From assembly GCA_951406725.2 (NCBI GenBank), contig OX597816.1:24614001-24678000 (forward strand): a stretch of DNA of 64,000 nucleotides, given 5' to 3'. Positions 1-64,000 of the stretch are shown here, in pieces. Position numbers and translations under genes: made by a program. Positions within the stretch are counted from its first letter, which is position 1, and every line of letters begins with the position of its first letter. The notes under the pieces were generated by a model. It was not told the DNA's origin. It saw nothing but the letters and a program-made list of their open reading frames with translations, and did not search any database. The stretch is from Octopus vulgaris (Eukaryota).

Positions 1-88
1 TTTCCGTCGGCATGTAATGACTTTCAAGAATATTTGGGTCAGATATGTCCAGATTAAATGTTAAAGGGTTAAAGATAACAGATATACC

Positions 89-241
89 AGGCACAGGAGT
101 GGCTGTGTGGTAAGTAGCTTGCTAACCAACCACATGGTTCCGGGTTCAGTCCCATTGCATGGCATCTTCTGCTATAGCCCCAGGCTGACCAATGCCTTGT
201 GAGTGGATTTGGTAGACGGAAACTGAAAGAAGTCTGTCGTA

Positions 242-302
<61 letters not shown>

Positions 303-517
303 ATGTGTTTGTTTGTCTGTGTTTGTCCCCCTAGCATTGCTTGACAACCGATGCTGGTGTGTTTATGTCCCCGTCACTTAGCGGTTCGGCAAAAGAGAAT
401 GATAGAATAAGTACTGGGCTTACAAAGAATAAGTCATGGGGTCGATTTGCTCGACTAAAGGTGGTGCTCCAGCATGGCCACAGTCAAATGACTGAAACAA
501 GTAAAAGAATAAAAGAG
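89..517 (+). mobile_element. tRNA-derived SINE family A (internal AT/GT microsatellite, AAAAGAG tail)
   Basis: A-box/B-box head (GTGGCTGTGTGG...GGGTTCAGTCCC); body conserved in more than 20 full or partial copies across the window. Confidence 0.85.
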
Positions 518-525
518 ATACCAAC

Positions 526-62226
<61,701 letters not shown>

Positions 62227-62835
62227 CTTGAATTTATTTTCTTTTTCTTTTTACCTTTTTCTGCAAAAGATACATATTTCCATACACTGTAAATTATCAA
62301 CATGATTATTATTATTATTAGTATAAATGGACCAATTCTAAGGATACACCTGTAGTATAAAAAGGTATTATAAAAGGAGAAAGGGGCTCTCCACCCCGCT
62401 TTTGATCAGGCTCCCGTGGCTTTTATGGGTTTTTCCACGAGTAACCTTTCGAAGTGCCTCCCCCTATTGGTAATTTCAATTGTTATATTTTCGTTATCTC
62501 TGGAATTTTTACACGGTTTTTTGCAAACGGACAAAACCCCTTTATAACTTTCATCCTGTGTTTTGTCCCATTATGTTTTAATTCATTTTTGTCAGCCCTT
62601 GTGGCCAATAAACGAATTAATTATTATTATTATTATTATTATTATATAAGAATACTGGACAAAATGCTTAATGGCATTTTTCCCAACTTCATGTTCTAAG
62701 TTCAAATTCTATCAAGGTTAACTTTGCCTTTCGTCCCTTTCAGGGGTCAATAAAATAAGTATCAGATGAACACTGGGGTCAATGTAATTGACTCCCCTAC
62801 ACCGAAATTGCTGGCCTTTGAAACCATTATCATTA

Positions 62836-64000
62836 TTAACCCTTTTGTTACCATATTTCTGTTGAGATACTGTGTTTCTTTCAATTAATTTTAAATATAA
62901 CAAAACATTTAGTTAAATAACCTAGTTATCATTAAGCTAGTTTTAAGAACATAAATTGTGACTAAGGTTTGGTGGAAGATTTTAATTCAGAACTTTTGAA
63001 AACAAGACATTTGTACTACAGAGCCAGAGGCAATTCCAGTCAGGTTGGTATCAAAAGGGTTAAAAGTATCATGGTGACTTTTACCCTTTTGTTACCATAT
63101 TTCTGTTGAGGTGCTCTGTGTTTCTTTCAATTAACTTTAAATATAACAAAGAATTTAGTAAAATAACCTAGTTATCATTAAGCTAGTTTTAAGAACATAA
63201 ATTGTGACTAAGGTATGGTGGAAGATTTTAATTCAGAACTTTTGAAAACAAGACATTTGTACCATAGAGCCAGAAGCAGTTTCGGGCAGGTTGGTATCAA
63301 AAGGGCTAAGAATTGTTTCTCTATTATATATTTTAACCCTTTTGTTACCATATTTCTGTTGAGATGCTCTGTGTTTCTGTCAGTTAATCTATATATATAA
63401 AACTGTAGTTGTGTGAGTGTCTGTCCCCTTCGATTTAGATTCCTAACTACTCCCACATTTTGCGGTGCAGTTTAACCAAATTCGGGTATCTTATAGTCGT
63501 GATTCATATCGAGCCCGTCTACATATTAGCGCGCGTCTACGATCAGTCTACGATTTTAAAAATAATTTAACATCATTTTTTAATTCCATTTTAATGCATA
63601 ATTTTTCGTGTGTCGATGGCGGCGGAGTTGGCGTCCATGGTCACACCTGCACCTGTTTGCTTCTCCCCCTTCTTCCCTCCCTCGTGAAGCTGTGGGGAAG
63701 GGAGTGTAAGGAAATCAACGTCGTAAAGCATTGTCAAGGAGACCAGCGTTCTTTTAGAACAACGACTTCATGGCTTGAAGACACCAAAACAGAAATGGCT
63801 AAGAAAGCCCGAATTGGCATCTATAAGGGAAGTAACTCTCTAAAAATGCTTATATAGTTATTTCCCTTACAAACCCGAGCAATGCCGGGTGATACTGCTA
63901 GTTTTATATATAACAAGGAATTGAGTAAAAATAACTTAGTTATCATTAAACTTTTGAACATAAATTGTGACTAAGGTTTGGAAGATTTTAATTCAGAACT
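62836..64000. mobile_element. Tandem trimer of the piggyBac-like MITE; the third copy is interrupted by a Helitron
   Basis: Copies start at ~62836, ~63080 and ~63333. Confidence 0.75.
63388..63901 (+). mobile_element. Non-autonomous Helitron inserted at A|T inside a piggyBac-like MITE
   Basis: TC...CTAG with no TSD; host MITE sequence resumes after it. Confidence 0.75.

Noticed and set aside
1-75. Next TEP1 exon
   Set aside because: No match to the expected continuation; the sequence ends in AAAGGGTTAA, typical of a TTAA-MITE terminus.

Overview
This is a 64 kb AT-rich, repeat-dense eukaryotic window. The SINE families and microsatellite load suggest an Octopus (coleoid cephalopod) genome, which is an inference. 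One protein-coding gene spans almost the whole window on the minus strand: a TEP1 orthologue (telomerase-associated protein 1 / vault p240 subunit). I assembled 20 GT-AG coding exons by hand (62226 down to 526) with consistent phases. They give about 862 aa covering the N-terminus, the TROVE/vWA RNA-binding region and the start of DUF4062; the gene continues below position 1. The introns contain tRNA-derived SINEs, CR1-, RTE- and R4/Dong-type LINE remnants, Penelope-like element (PLE) ends with hammerhead-ribozyme motifs, non-autonomous Helitrons, piggyBac-, hAT- and Merlin-like MITEs (some carrying TTAGGG arrays), a solo LTR and several long fold-back palindromes. The most intriguing lead is a ~145 nt structured, Pol III-type, vault-RNA-like candidate (31432-31578) nested antisense in a TEP1 intron. 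It is unverified. Most ORFs in the supplied track are microsatellite or SINE artefacts.
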